Shown here in pieces: positions 1 through 12,580 of a stretch of DNA of 64,000 nucleotides. Made by a program: the position numbers and the translations under genes. The notes under the pieces were generated by a model. It worked only from the letters and a program-made list of their open reading frames with translations, searched no databases and was not told the DNA's origin. Source of the stretch: Phoronis australis (taxonomy: Eukaryota; Animalia; Phoronida). The first letter of the stretch is position 1, and each line of letters opens with the position of its first letter. The stretch is taken from NCBI GenBank assembly GCA_002633005.1, contig NMRA01000118.1, forward strand, positions 434,707 to 498,706, read 5' to 3'.

Positions 1-310
1 GTTGGCGCAGCGGTAAAGCACGCGCGCATTACTTGCGATGTCGTGAGTAGAGGCTGTGGTAATTACAGGTTTTCATGTTTGACACGTGCTCCGTGTTTTT
101 TTTTTCGTTTTCTTTGCCTTTTTTCTTGGATAATACTTCAGGAATCAAGGAAAATGCTTGATTTTTAGAGGAAAAAACAGAAAAAAATTCCTGGGCAAAC
201 CCCTCTCCCAACGTCCCCCCATTCAGTGCTATGTGCATCTGATCATGCTTTGCGCAAATGTTTTCAGACAAAATGTTGGCCCCCCTTGTGATATCCTAGA
301 TCCGCCACTG
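1..310 (-). mobile_element. Partial copy of ~950 bp MITE family (TIR CAGTGGCGGATCTAGG) carrying a tRNA-like segment
   Basis: Ends in ...CCTAGATCCGCCACTG (310). The reverse complement aligns by eye with 27444-27712 and 49007-49325. Confidence 0.8.
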
Positions 311-710
311 TGGTAACAGGCTCTTTGCCACGCTAAGCTCCGATCTTTTTGTATGAGTATTTCAGAATTCAACTTGTCTCTTATTTCTTTCATTTTATGT
401 AATTTTTCAAATATTTATTCGCATTTCCAGCGAGCTCCCATGAGAGGTCTACCTCACAATCGGTGTCGATATTGAGGTGATTAATGTCTACTAATACAGG
501 AACGATGATGCGTGATTTTCGGAAACAATCCAGCCCTGGGCACCTCTCTATATCTTGCAAACCAGAATATTGGTAAAATCTAGCCTACTCTGCGGGCGCT
601 GCCGGTAAACAACACAACAATTAAGAAGATCGTTAAACAAAAATCCACCCACATTAGAACCGTTCCGGATTACACACCCGAATCTCGCTGTCGCAATATC
701 CGTCCTTCCA

Positions 711-980
711 ATGCCAACGAAGTGTCACCGCTGTGCTGTGAGCTGCAACCCCGACGGGAGAAAGTTGGATAAGCTTGACAAACATCTGTTGATACGTGAT
801 GTAACTCCTTTGCCTTTCCCTCACCAATCAAAGAGAAGACAATGTGGAGCTAGTTGGTAAAACAAGTTCGTTGGGTTAAAGTTGACCCGAACATAATCCC
901 CTTTCGTGAAAGTATATTTTCAATTCCCGTACTTTTAAACGGTTGAAACCGGGAATATTTCCCCGACAATACCTTACGTC
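711..980 (+). pseudogene. Degenerate THAP zinc-finger relic (transposase N-terminus)
   Basis: ATG at 711 reads MPTKCHRCAVSCN...PFP...W*, then KRLKPGIFP(TI) near 940-975, resembling the THAP C-terminal RLKPxAVPTIF motif. Contains a stop and frameshifts. Confidence 0.4.
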
Positions 981-2024
981 GGCGGTTTCCGACCTGACCT
1001 GTGAAAATGTGCGTGACATTCCACTAAAGCGAGGCCATTAAAACAACGCGCTTTCTTACGTCCGGGGCAAAGAATTCTATCGCTGTGTAATACGGGACAG
1101 CCCTATTAGTACTCAGAACAAGATGTATAATCCTAGGTTGATGTGACGTATTTAGTGTTCTAGTAGCCCTGTCAGTGCATCAAAACCACAAGTCATAAAG
1201 TACTTGACTGTACTTAGACGATTTTGCTCATGGTGGATCATGTACGATAATTACAGAGAAGTACGTTAACACCTCACTTTAGATTTTGCTCTCATGAAAT
1301 TCCGCAGATATAAATTAATTATCAATGATTTTAATTGAATGCTGCTCTTTTTTCTGTAATCCTTTCGAAATGCCCTCTGTGCCGCCCAATCGTAAAACTC
1401 GAGTGACCTGTGAGCTGATCAGTGGGCATGGTGATCACAACTTTTATCCCCGGGGTTTTTCATAGCTCAAGTTACGCTATCATGGTTTTATATTAAGCTG
1501 ATTTATATTAGCTACTTGACGTCATCACTGATTGACCAATTGCTACTTGAATCCGGTGACAGAGATCTACATCAGGCACAAATGCTAAGTGAATCTGGGT
1601 TCGAGGCTATGTAGTTGGTCTTGAAACACGTGACTTCATGATTAATAACTGTTTTGATTTCTTGCTGAAAAAAGACTCATATAGTAGATGTTAATTGTCA
1701 CCATGTAGAGGGACAAACTGCAGTTTGTTTCCCTCGTAAACCAGCAAAGACATTGAGCAACTTAAAAAACTACTTGAATCAGCTTAACCGACAAGCATGA
1801 ATAACGATTGAGGCAAATGGGAAAGCCGCTGACCTAAACCACTCTCACTCTATAGCCTGATAAGGAAGTGGTTTTATCTTCCAGGTAGGTATCCATTGGG
1901 CAACATACTGAACAGGTGATTGACCCACTTAAGCTTAAACACTGACCTAAAACGTTGTCCCTAGGCCCTTTATCATGTCTTTAATAGCTTACTCAATCTG
2001 TGAACAAATTGGATTCTTTGTCAG

Positions 2025-2187
2025 ATCTGATCTCAGACGTCGCTTGTCGAAAGCGGAGCAGAAGTGGAAGGATCTTCACGAGCGCCGGAAATTACGTGAT
2101 TTAATGGACAATGCACTTGATGACTTTAACGCTGAACAGCTTAACAACGATTCTCAGCTGAAGGTAGACGATAATGAAACGACGTGA
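2025..2187 (+). CDS. Possible terminal coding exon (coiled-coil-like) of a plus-strand gene
   Basis: Pyrimidine tract plus acceptor TTCTTTGTCAG| at 2024, then an open charged helical peptide SDLRRRLSKAEQKWKDLHERRKLRDLMDNALDDF... to TGA. No upstream exons identified. Confidence 0.3.
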
Positions 2188-4695
2188 CGTTACATCGTGT
2201 AAGATACAACATGCCATGCACTGCGGATCAAGGGTTGCCAGGGGAGCTCAAAATCAACTCTGGATAGACAGTTGCCCGTGTTAACTACCTAAACTATTTA
2301 AAACACGCATTTTCTGACGCATAACTTTACAGAAAATGGCTGGCTAAAATTGCGGTCAATTATTTAGTGTATGGACTACTTTCACCCGATGTCTTGTAAC
2401 TGAATTGACAAATGGCCCATAGTCTTCTGTCGACATATTCACTTGAGACGTACTTGCATTAATTGACAAACTAACAACGAACCTCTCACTGACCTCACAC
2501 GTGGATTGCTGGAACAAAAAAGAGGAGGTAGTTGCCTCAAACATAAGGACAACGAGTCTTCTGGTTCAATTGCACCAACCGCACACTTTCTGAACTTCTG
2601 GGTACTGTCTTCTCAGCTTTCACTGAAGTCTTATCAAACATGCTTTGCTTACAACACCAAAACGCATAAGTCTAACTAAAATTTGAATTCTACTTTCCTT
2701 TTCAGCATTTTGTGCAAAAAGAGCGTCGGCTTATTTGCTACCGAGAAAAAAAAACACAGCTTTATTTTCATTTGAGAATTTTGTAGCCTTTGCCGAAAAC
2801 GCATTTTCAGGCGTTCTAATGAAATCAATCAAGAATGAAAGTGGTTGTGTTTGCCCGTGAATGGGTACGGGCGGAGGCAGTCGTTATTGTCCACTGTTGT
2901 CAATATGTTAAAGGAAAATAGAACATATGAAGCCGGAACGGAACAAATGACCTTTAAAAAATTCTGTATACGGTAGGGGAAAGGAAGGAGAGTGAGTGAG
3001 TTTGAAAATGATTCATTTTGTGACCTTTTTGAAATGTCGAACGACCCTTTGTTGCGAAAATGAACATGTTCACTAAGGTGATAATATTTTGTACGCCATT
3101 TCAGATTGTCAATAAATGCCAGAGAATCTCAAAGTTATATTGTTTTCGTCGCACTATGATTACGCGTGGTGTTGCATTTCCATGTCATGTGATCGAAGGG
3201 TTAAGGGTTAATGGGCTGGAGAGAATTCGGAGATCCGAGGGAACGAGGGATAAGGGGCTTTAGGATTTTACCACCCACTTAGACAAAAATTCCTCTTGCT
3301 GTGACTCCTCTATACTATCTCATTTACCGTGAGGCTTTCCATAAACCCGGGAATTATTTGATGAGGGGGGAGTTAGTGGACCGCATAATAAGTATTAAAA
3401 CCGACGGTGCCTGGTTTTTGGAGTTAGCAGGTTATGGACTGGGTACTTACCCCCATGAAATTTGGGTTAGTCTTCAAGTGGCACATTCCAAAACAGCCTA
3501 TTCATGCTCCCACATATAGGTATATGTGAGTGCATATCTCATCTCCATTATCTTTGTCTGGGTCTCTGTGCCCGGTTGCATAAAACAGTCCCAAATATGG
3601 ACTCAACTATATTCCCTAAATCTACTGTGTATTTTTGTACTTGTGAAAACATCTATTGCCCTTTCTTGTATTGTATTAGTTTCATTACTAAAGCATCTTT
3701 TGACTTTGATACAAATGGAGAATGAACTCTACGTTGAATTGTCAATTTTGTTGAAAATAAGTAGGCATCTTTTCATGCAACACCTCCCAATTTATGGACT
3801 AAGTCCCTATTTATTTTCAATGAACTCTGGGCACAGTTTTTAATATCTTTGGAGTTCCTTGGCGGATTTTCAAGAAATTAAGCAAATGTGTTTCCGCAAT
3901 TTTTATGATACTAATGAACAAGCCTGGAAGCAACCCATTTGCGGTTCAGCCTCGGGTGCATTTCAACACTGCGCCGTTCTGTACAGCCCCCGAAGTAAAC
4001 ATCCCAGGACGATGTGCTGAAAAAATTCAATTTCAAAGCTCCTGCAGCTTAAAGTTAAATAGCTGCCGTGTGTCGCGTGCTTACGAACATTCAAGCCAAT
4101 TCCTACCATTACAAGGAAATTTCAAAGACCGCATTTAGAGTTAACCTGTCTACAGAAAGCGAATGTTTTAAGTACAAATTTGGGTTCGAGGAAGCTTTAA
4201 CCCTTTTGATATTTAACAGAGTCTCTTATAAAAGTCCATTTCTGTAAAAATGATCCTTGTCGTATCTGATTAAAAATGCCTATTCTGCATTGGCCAATAA
4301 CAATAATGTGAAATTCTCAGGAAAGTTTATTAAATTACATTATCACTCCAGAACTACATCAGAGGCATCAAATCTTTGAGCAGAGCGTTTTCGTAATCCA
4401 AAATTGGTGGTCAGGATTCCAGACTTTCTTTTCAGCACATTTGAGTCCCACGTGACACCCACATCTGTGGGGCAGACCCGTGGATGAGTTATACGAAGCG
4501 TTGATGTGGCAACGCAAGCCTTCACTGCAATCAAAATGCAACGTGATGAGAGAATCGAACACAGATGAGGCATTACAATATCTGGCGGGAAAAGCGTACA
4601 TGCAGACTTTAGAAATGACATGTTGATATGAGGTTCGAATTCACCCTTCCCATGCAAATGGTCAATAAGTTAAATTATAGAAATCCTATTCTGAT

Positions 4696-6559
4696 CACAG
4701 GCGTCCTCAGCTTCTGATCGTCCACAATAAATTGTATAATACTACAAGGTATGACACTCATATGAAGAATTTCAAGCTTACTCTGGTGACCGCTCTAATT
4801 CCCTAAGCCCCAGACAACTTTTACGATGCCTATTCAGCACGCCTTTTGCATTGAAGTAGATCTGAGCTAATGAAGTGGAAAGGTAATTGCTAGCATTACT
4901 GTCTCAACAATGGTTGTTGTTAGTAACCCCAATTTGTTTTTCTCTGACATTTGCAGAGTTATAACTTGCAACTCTAGAGAGTAGTTTTAACTTGGTACAT
5001 TATAAATATTACAAAATGACTAAAAAGGTTAAGTTGTGTTTATCTTCACAAACGGCCACTTCTCAAAGGAACGATAAATTTCATATTGGTTTTCTTTATT
5101 TAATTTTCAATGCTTCTGCCCACTTCTTTTTTTCTTACCGGGAACGGGTTTATAACATTTTATCTAAGTTTTGAACTTGAAGTACCAAAACAGTGGTCGA
5201 TTTTGATCGCCAGCTAAACTTACTTCGTTACGTTCATTGTGAGCCCATCCCTAAACTTACCACATTACAGGTACACTAAACATTTCACGTGTCATTAAAG
5301 TTTAACCTTTATTAGAGCTCAAACCGTAAAATAGATACAAAAGTACAGATGGTGATAACCAAACTGAAGATTTGGAAGGTCTAGACAATTTCGGTGGCAC
5401 TGACTATATAAGTATTCTAGCTCTTTGTCAGCAATTAGTGGTTAATGCATTTTGAAAATTCGCCATTATATACAGTCAGAGATGTCTAACACAGTTTATG
5501 GTCGGATAATTACATTTAATTGGGTCTTGCTCGCATCGGGCAGTGCGGTCATCACAATTGTACCTGTGATTCCGGCGCCGCGCTCTCTTTGATCCTGGTA
5601 CAAACCGCTCCGGCATCAATTTAGAAATGCATGACTTCCCTGTAAGCGTATTATTCACGGTATGCTCCGGACTAGGTGCTTCACTTCAGCCGTCCATAGC
5701 AAACACAAAAGTCAATAAATTTACACAAAACAGACGTTCAACAAACCATGAGGAATTGTTCTTTCTCTCAATGCCATTTACGGCGTCCTGCTTTACCGAT
5801 CGAGTTCGCAAGACATTTGCGGTCAAACCACATAAATCTTCCCAAAAAGCCCGTCCGGAGCAATTGAAGTTGGTCCCGCGAAGGTCAAGGACGATACGGA
5901 ATTATCCGATGTGTTACGGATCAACGGCAATAACCGATTTGTCTCGATTTCATAACTTTCCCCAGAGACCGTAGAGAGGGAGACGTTTCAGCTAGCGAAA
6001 TCCTATTGGACGGCCACTGGCGGCCATTATTGTTCCATGGACCGTAGAGACGTCTAGCGGGTGTGTGTGGGAAAAAGGAATATGGCTGATACTCGTGATC
6101 AGTGGTCACAGAGACAAGATATTTTATCTGATCATGTAGTTCATATAGATTTCCCATAGTTAGTACCTCTGAGGGTAGTGCTGTGTCAAGTAACGTCTTT
6201 GCTTTCCCTGACAAATCGGCAGCAGCCGTTCATCCGTATTGCATCGGATAATTCCGTATCGTCCTTGACCTTCGCGAGACCAAGGAGTTGCTTCGGACGG
6301 GCTTTTTGGGAAGATTTTTGTGGTTTGACCGCGAATTTCTTGCGAACTCGGTAAAGCAGGACATCGTAAATGGTATTGGGAGAAAGAAAAATTCCTCGTG
6401 GTTTGTTGAACGTCTGTTTTGTGTAAATTTATTGAGTTTTGTCACGGTTTTTCTATGGACGGCTGAGGTGAAACACTCGTGGAATTTCTTGTCCGGAGTG
6501 TCATACCTTGTAGTATCATATAATTTATTGGTGACAATCAGAAGCTGAGGACGCCTGTG
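4696..6559. mobile_element. Non-autonomous DNA transposon / foldback element with 8-bp TSD (P- or hAT-like)
   Basis: ~64-bp TIR CACAGGCGTCCTCAGCTTCTGAT...GGTATGACACTC at both ends. Perfect TSD ATTCTGAT (4688-4695, 6560-6567). Extra internal inverted arms ~5680-5920 and ~6230-6475. Confidence 0.85.
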
Positions 6560-9500
6560 ATTCTGATAGCCCTAAGAAAGACCCTGAAGTAACGACATAT
6601 GCGCAAACATTGGACACTGTAGAGTGTAGACCGCAGCCGTTCAGTAAACCAAAGACGAACTGAACCAATGCCGTGAATTACGCCAAGAAATCTTTCATAA
6701 TATAAGAAAAACTGTGAATTGTATACCGTAACTCAACTTTTCACCCTCACAGCATAATCATTTTTGTGGCAGCCATTTTGCTTGGCTACCCTAGTAAGGT
6801 TTCGAGCGCACATATACTCGCAAATCACTGGCATTTCACTCTGCGCATGGTTTTGCGAGGTCGTTATGATCTTGTGTTTTCGTGATGTTCTTGCGTCAAT
6901 CGAACGTTGCCCAAGGCTACCTCCTATTGACTCTGAGACACACATGAATTTGCGGCAAAAAACCTCTCAATGGAACGGAAACAGTGAATTCTTTCCCATA
7001 ATTGAACATTCCTCGTGAGGTCTCGCGATACACTCGCATGATTTTAAGTACGCTTGCATGATCTGACTTTTTCGCAAGCAGCTTGGTCTACGAAACGTTG
7101 ACCCAGATAACGTGCCATGACAACATATTTTCTTACTTTGAACTACATAACATGCTACTCCAAGTGTTTTTACTGTCATTCAATTTCTCAGTGCGTTTGA
7201 TGGCTACGCCTTTTAGCACAATTTGATTTGATTTATTATTTTGGCAAACTCGTCGTTCTTATAGTAAAAAGAAACATTGAGAAATATACGCTGGGTGCTA
7301 CTGTGTTTAGTTCATTACACACATAGTTCGCTTTTTACATACACTCTATCCAACCTAACCCATACTCAAAACACAAGCGACTCCTTCAGGTGCGTACGAG
7401 TACTCACCGGTATCGTGGAGCACATTTTCCTCGATTCAGTATGAGGGAACTCAATACACAACACTCCGTGCCGGTTTCGCATTCTTTGTCACTCNCGCTC
7501 AGAGAGAAGGGTCAAATACTGTTAAAAATCGCTTTTGGCAAGAAAGGCGAAAAGAATATAAAGAAAGGGTGTCGAAAATAAGAATTTATGTAGTAAGTAT
7601 TTTCGGATACTAGAACCACATGGGCAGTTTGCAACAAGGACTTTAATGACGGTCACGTTTTACGCTCGTGAGGTCTCGCGATACACTCGCATGATTTTAA
7701 GTAGGCTTGCATGATCTGACTTTTTCGCAAGCAGCTTGGTCTACGAAACGTTGACCCAGATAACGTGCCATGACAACATATTTTCTTACTTTGAACTACG
7801 TAACATGCTACTCCAAGTGTTTTTACTGTCATTCAATTTCTCAGTGCGTTTGATGGCTACGCCTTTTAGCACAATTTGATTTGATTTATTATTTTGGCAA
7901 ACACGTCGTTCTTATAGTAAAAAGAAACATTGAGAAATATACGCTGGGTGCTACTGTGTTTAGTTCATTACACACATAGTTCGCTTTTTACATACACTCT
8001 ATCCAACCTAACCCATACTCAAAACACAAGCGACTCCTTCAGGTGCGTACGAGTACTCACCGGTAACGTGGAGCACATTTTCCTCGATTCAGTATGAGGG
8101 AACTCAATACGCAACACTCCGTGCCGGTTTCGCATTCTTTGTCACTCTGGCATCGAGTTCCAAGACGAGCCTGAAACACCAGAGGGCAGCACCTATGGCT
8201 AGAATGCCTTAATTTTAGAAAGCTTATAAAATTAAGCTATGGAACATGTTCGGTTTTATGACCGAAAACGCATTTTTTTTGGGATCGTAACACAGGTCTC
8301 GCGTCTGTACTTGCCGTTATTTCATTCAACACAGCTATAAAACAACAAAATGAGTTGTTTTGTGATTTTATCAAAAATCATTGTTGTCTGTCTGGCATTC
8401 AATGTAATCAAGGCCGGTCGGGTGACTTCAAATTTAAAAACCTCTGTCAGTTATTCAGTCAGGTGCTTAACTTTGCCAATAGGACGTTCGGCTGAAACCG
8501 CGGGAGTTTCTTCTTCGATTCCGCGCTGACTGAGGCCCAGCTTAGAAAATCACTTTCGTTGTCGATAATGTCCCCGGCCCTTACACAAATGTAACTGCAC
8601 GTCATTCGTCAACGCAATTGATTTTGTGATTTTTCAGTATAATACATTTTTGTATTCAGCCTTTAAATTTCCTTGAGGCAGCCCAAACCGTACAATGTAT
8701 GCTAAAATGCAACTTTGCGCTTTTTGGGAGGAATCGTTTTCTTCAGGAGTCAGATTTTATGCTAATGTAACGATTCCTTGCCAGGTGTGACTCAAATTTG
8801 CGTTGTCTTATGCGTAATGACTGAGTATCATGTCAGGATGGCATAGTGCATCGTGAATGATAACTACAAAACTATTAAAAGTGAAAACTGCATTATATTT
8901 GGATGTCAACGCGGAAAGAGATTTTCTGGTGTTTGCCACTTGGGCGTGGAAGGCAGAACCTGGAAACAGTTCCCCTCTCATCAAAAGAAGACAGGACCGC
9001 AGCGGCCTGCGGGCTGGTCCTCCCTTCGGAGACATTCTAGACCCAGTTCCACTGCACTTACATTAACCAGCACACAAGCTGCCAACACACACAACGCTAT
9101 GACTCCTTTCATCATGTCGATTCGTTAATTAACAACAGTCAACTTGTTGGCTCAGAACCTTTATCCTTAAGAAGCCTTATGTGAAGTAACATGACCCAGA
9201 GCCTTTATCCGTAAGTTGTCTCATGTGGAGCTAACATGTGCGAGATACCAGACGTACAGTAGATATACTGGAACTGATAGGTTGCTGCTACGGTCAAATT
9301 TGCGCTCGCTGCCACGGTCAAATTTGCGCTCCCAAAATATTATAATTTAGATGTAGGCCAAGCTTGGGGGAATTCTGTAGGTAGGCATTGTATGTAGGCT
9401 CTGTAAATGTGGTTTGTTTGTGTTTGCGAACATCTGGAAAATGAAAAAAGACTCCTTGCTCGGCTGTAGCTGCACTCGTCTTCAAGATGGCACCCCCCCC

Positions 9501-10352
9501 CGGTTGCAATTATGCATTGCTGGGTAGCGACTGAGAAATTGACTGTGGTTTCTGGTAGCCCTCTCACAAACTGGTTGGTTGACAGTATTTTTCGGAATCG
9601 GTAGGAAATTTGCTTTCAGAGTCTAATGTTGGCTTTAGTCGTGCATCGGCAGGGAAGTTGTGGTTTTGGGGTGAAAAGTGCCGATATATGTTTTTACCCC
9701 TTTTCGGTAGGAGTGAAAGGGTCAAAAATACAAGACACATTAAGATTATTCTGTGCTAATCTGTACGGAGTTTTATGTGAAATGACAGGAAACATGTCAT
9801 TCTTTGCATCCAGTTTTAGACAGAGGGAAGAAAGTCACAAATCCAGTGGTGTGTGTTGTGCTTAGCAAAACCCAGTGAGAACTGTTCTGTGCCCCTAAAT
9901 GTCGCACAAACCGTGTTCGAGGCATTAATAACTACAAACCCCGGTTAGAAAGACAAGTAGGCAAAGCAGTAAGATCATTAACTGAACGAAGGAACAGTGA
10001 TGGGTTTCATTAGGAACTCGGCCCTTTCATAACACCTCGTGTTTCGTCAATAGATTAGTATAAGACCCGCTGTAGTTAAGAACCCTGTTAATCAGGAAAG
10101 CTGATCTAATGTCATTTTGTGTGGAACAGATCCATTACAGCATTAGCGATGACTTCACTGCTACAAAACAGTGGCTAAAACGAATTGACATATCATAGAC
10201 TAAAATAGGTGATTTTTTGAATTGCACGGCCTTTGAAAAAATTGAATTCACTGCTATTCAGTTACGATGAAATCTGGAAGTATCAGACTTTGACATTGGT
10301 TGAGGAATTATTGGGATGACGTCATTTTTGACTCTCTGTCCCTTGCTCCAGA

Positions 10353-10486
10353 GAGTTCACTCGAGCTTCCCTCATCGGGAGCCAGTTTGAGGAATTTACG
10401 CGAAATCACGAACAAGAATGAGTTCACTCGAGCTTCCCTCATCGGGGGCCAGTTTGAGGAATTTACGCGAAATCACGAACAAGAAT
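10353..10486. repeat. Tandem duplication, 67-bp unit x2
   Basis: GAGTTCACTCGAGCTTCCCTCATCGG...CACGAACAAGAAT starts at 10353 and again at 10420. Confidence 0.9.
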
Positions 10487-11593
10487 CTCGCTCTCGCAGG
10501 CGGTGACCAAAGAATGGACACACACACAAAATTGCCGTAAATAAACGTAAGCCGAGGTCTTCGTCAGTCTACGTCTCATCAATGCTTCGTTAGCATTTTA
10601 TTTCTTTCACAGCACAAAATTCAGGGTTTTGGAACATTACCAGTTTTCCCAAAATTAACCAATCGCTGGGCTTGCCAAGGGATATTATTCTCGCATCCAA
10701 CTTGTATAAGAATAACACTGTCTTTCGAACATCTCAAAAGTGAGACGAATTGGTCATATTTTGAACATACTAAGCTACGATCTGATTTTGTGCGTAACCC
10801 AACATTTAAAATGGTCTTATTTCTTTCATTTTCTGTAATTTATTTCTGAGACAAATATTTATTCAACTGCTGCTGACGTGTGTTCCTTTATGGACAATCT
10901 TTAGGAGGTACGAAAACAAAAGAAAAGTTGCAATGTAAATCAAAACGTGCTATAACAAAAATGAAACATTTGTTTTCTCAAGTGTTTCAAATATAAGTGC
11001 ATCTGCCTGGTGGTGCTGTTCTTGGCAAAAGCGCCTGATCTTGTGTATTTTCACCAGATCTGGTTTGACGTTGCTTTTGGTGGGTTATAACGCACGTGCG
11101 ATTGCAACTAGTAGGAATAACAAGTACAGCAGACCAGTTCAAAATTGGTTTTAATGATTTCGTATTTGTCAATTGAACTGGGTTTAGTTAACGAATAATT
11201 CTCGAAAGGAAATAAAATGAGCGTTTGATCATATTAAACCATTTTATTGTCTCCAGTAAAACCAGGCAAAATGCGGACAGTTTTCTACTGAGAAATACAT
11301 TCATTTGCAATATTCGTCACAGACTACACTGTATGAGTCTGAGAATGTTTAAGAAAAAGATAAGATTAATTTTATAACAGTAAGTGACCTAAATCTAAAC
11401 GTGTTTTTGGCAGAATGTATAGGTTTAATGCCAATTTTGAGTTAAAACTCAAATGATATTGCATGCTGTGTGATAGCCCAAAATGCAAGGATTATCCCCT
11501 TTTGGTAACTGGCCAACAAAAAACGACAGTTTGATTGGTTATAATACGATGAATGTTTTCAGTCATCCAGTTGAGTAATAAGGTAGAAAAATT

Positions 11594-11798
11594 AATAAAT
11601 CTATTACTGGACTTATAGTTACAGAGAGATGGATACGTGACTCGTCAAGTGATCGGCCGCACAGTTTTCGCGGGATCCTCTTCAGCGCCCTATCCCACGT
11701 CCTAGGCAAGAGACACGTCAGTGGCCTGATGAAGTCCTCGAGAGGAGGACGTAACGTAGCCATCTCTATGTAACCGTAAGTCCAGGAATAGATTTATT
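11594..11798. mobile_element. Palindromic MITE (~45-bp inverted arms)
   Basis: AATAAATCTATTACTGGACTTATAGTTACAGAGAGATGGATACGT pairs with ACGTAGCCATCTCTATGTAACCGTAAGTCCAGGAATAGATTTATT. Confidence 0.75.
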
Positions 11799-12580
11799 GA
11801 TTGGTTATCATACGATAATCTTCTAAGAAACTGGTAATGCTTCAGTAAACTTTGATACAGGCTGAAATGCGTGAAAATAGCTAACTGCTAACGAATGGAT
11901 GTTCAATATTGCAGAAAAAGGCAGTACCGAATATTGTTAACTTCTTACTTCTGAAAGCCAAATTATGCAAACGATACATTCCCGAAAGATTTTTTAAATG
12001 CTATCTCGGAGTTCTGTTCAACGCAATCTTCTACTGTATTAGTGTGCATTAATGTAAGGCCTTTTTACTCCGTTCACGGCCGTTTTTCGAAATTGATTTT
12101 TACATCAGCATTTAGGTAGAATGCGTTTCTTGCAAGAAATGCGCGGCGCTGTATTCGCCAACACCTCCAGTGTATTTGAAATTTCAGCACTTCGTTTTCT
12201 TTAAAGTTGTTACTGCAATGTCAAACGACTTTCCCCAATACGTTGTCCGTGAACAACACTTGAGTTAATGATTGAAAACCCAACCTTTTATTTCTATATA
12301 CAGTACATACAGGGTTTTGGAAATGCTACTAAAAATAAGCAACAGTTTTATTAACCAATCTGTTGGTGCAAGAAAATACTTGCATAAACCAGATTTTGAG
12401 AAAATCAGCCAATCAAGTGAGACTTTTAACGCATTCATGTATTTTTACTAAATAATTTGAGCCCTTATACTTTTATTGCATCGTCTCCGTTTGTGACGTT
12501 GAAGATGTGCCATCGTTCATACCAATTGCTCGTTTTTATGTTGATCGGAGTGACAGCGCAGGCGCTCACCGTTATTGGCA

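Noticed and set aside
3060-4657. Cluster of short ORFs
   Set aside because: No recognisable motifs or splice support; consistent with random ORFs in repeat-derived DNA.
5627-6548. Pair of similar ORFs on opposite strands (NKFTQNRRSTNHEE)
   Set aside because: Translation by-product of the foldback element's inverted arms.
7013-8147. Near-identical ~480-bp duplication (7013-7494 and 7665-8147)
   Set aside because: The copies straddle the N at 7495, so this is most likely overlapping contig ends or haplotypes rather than a real duplication.
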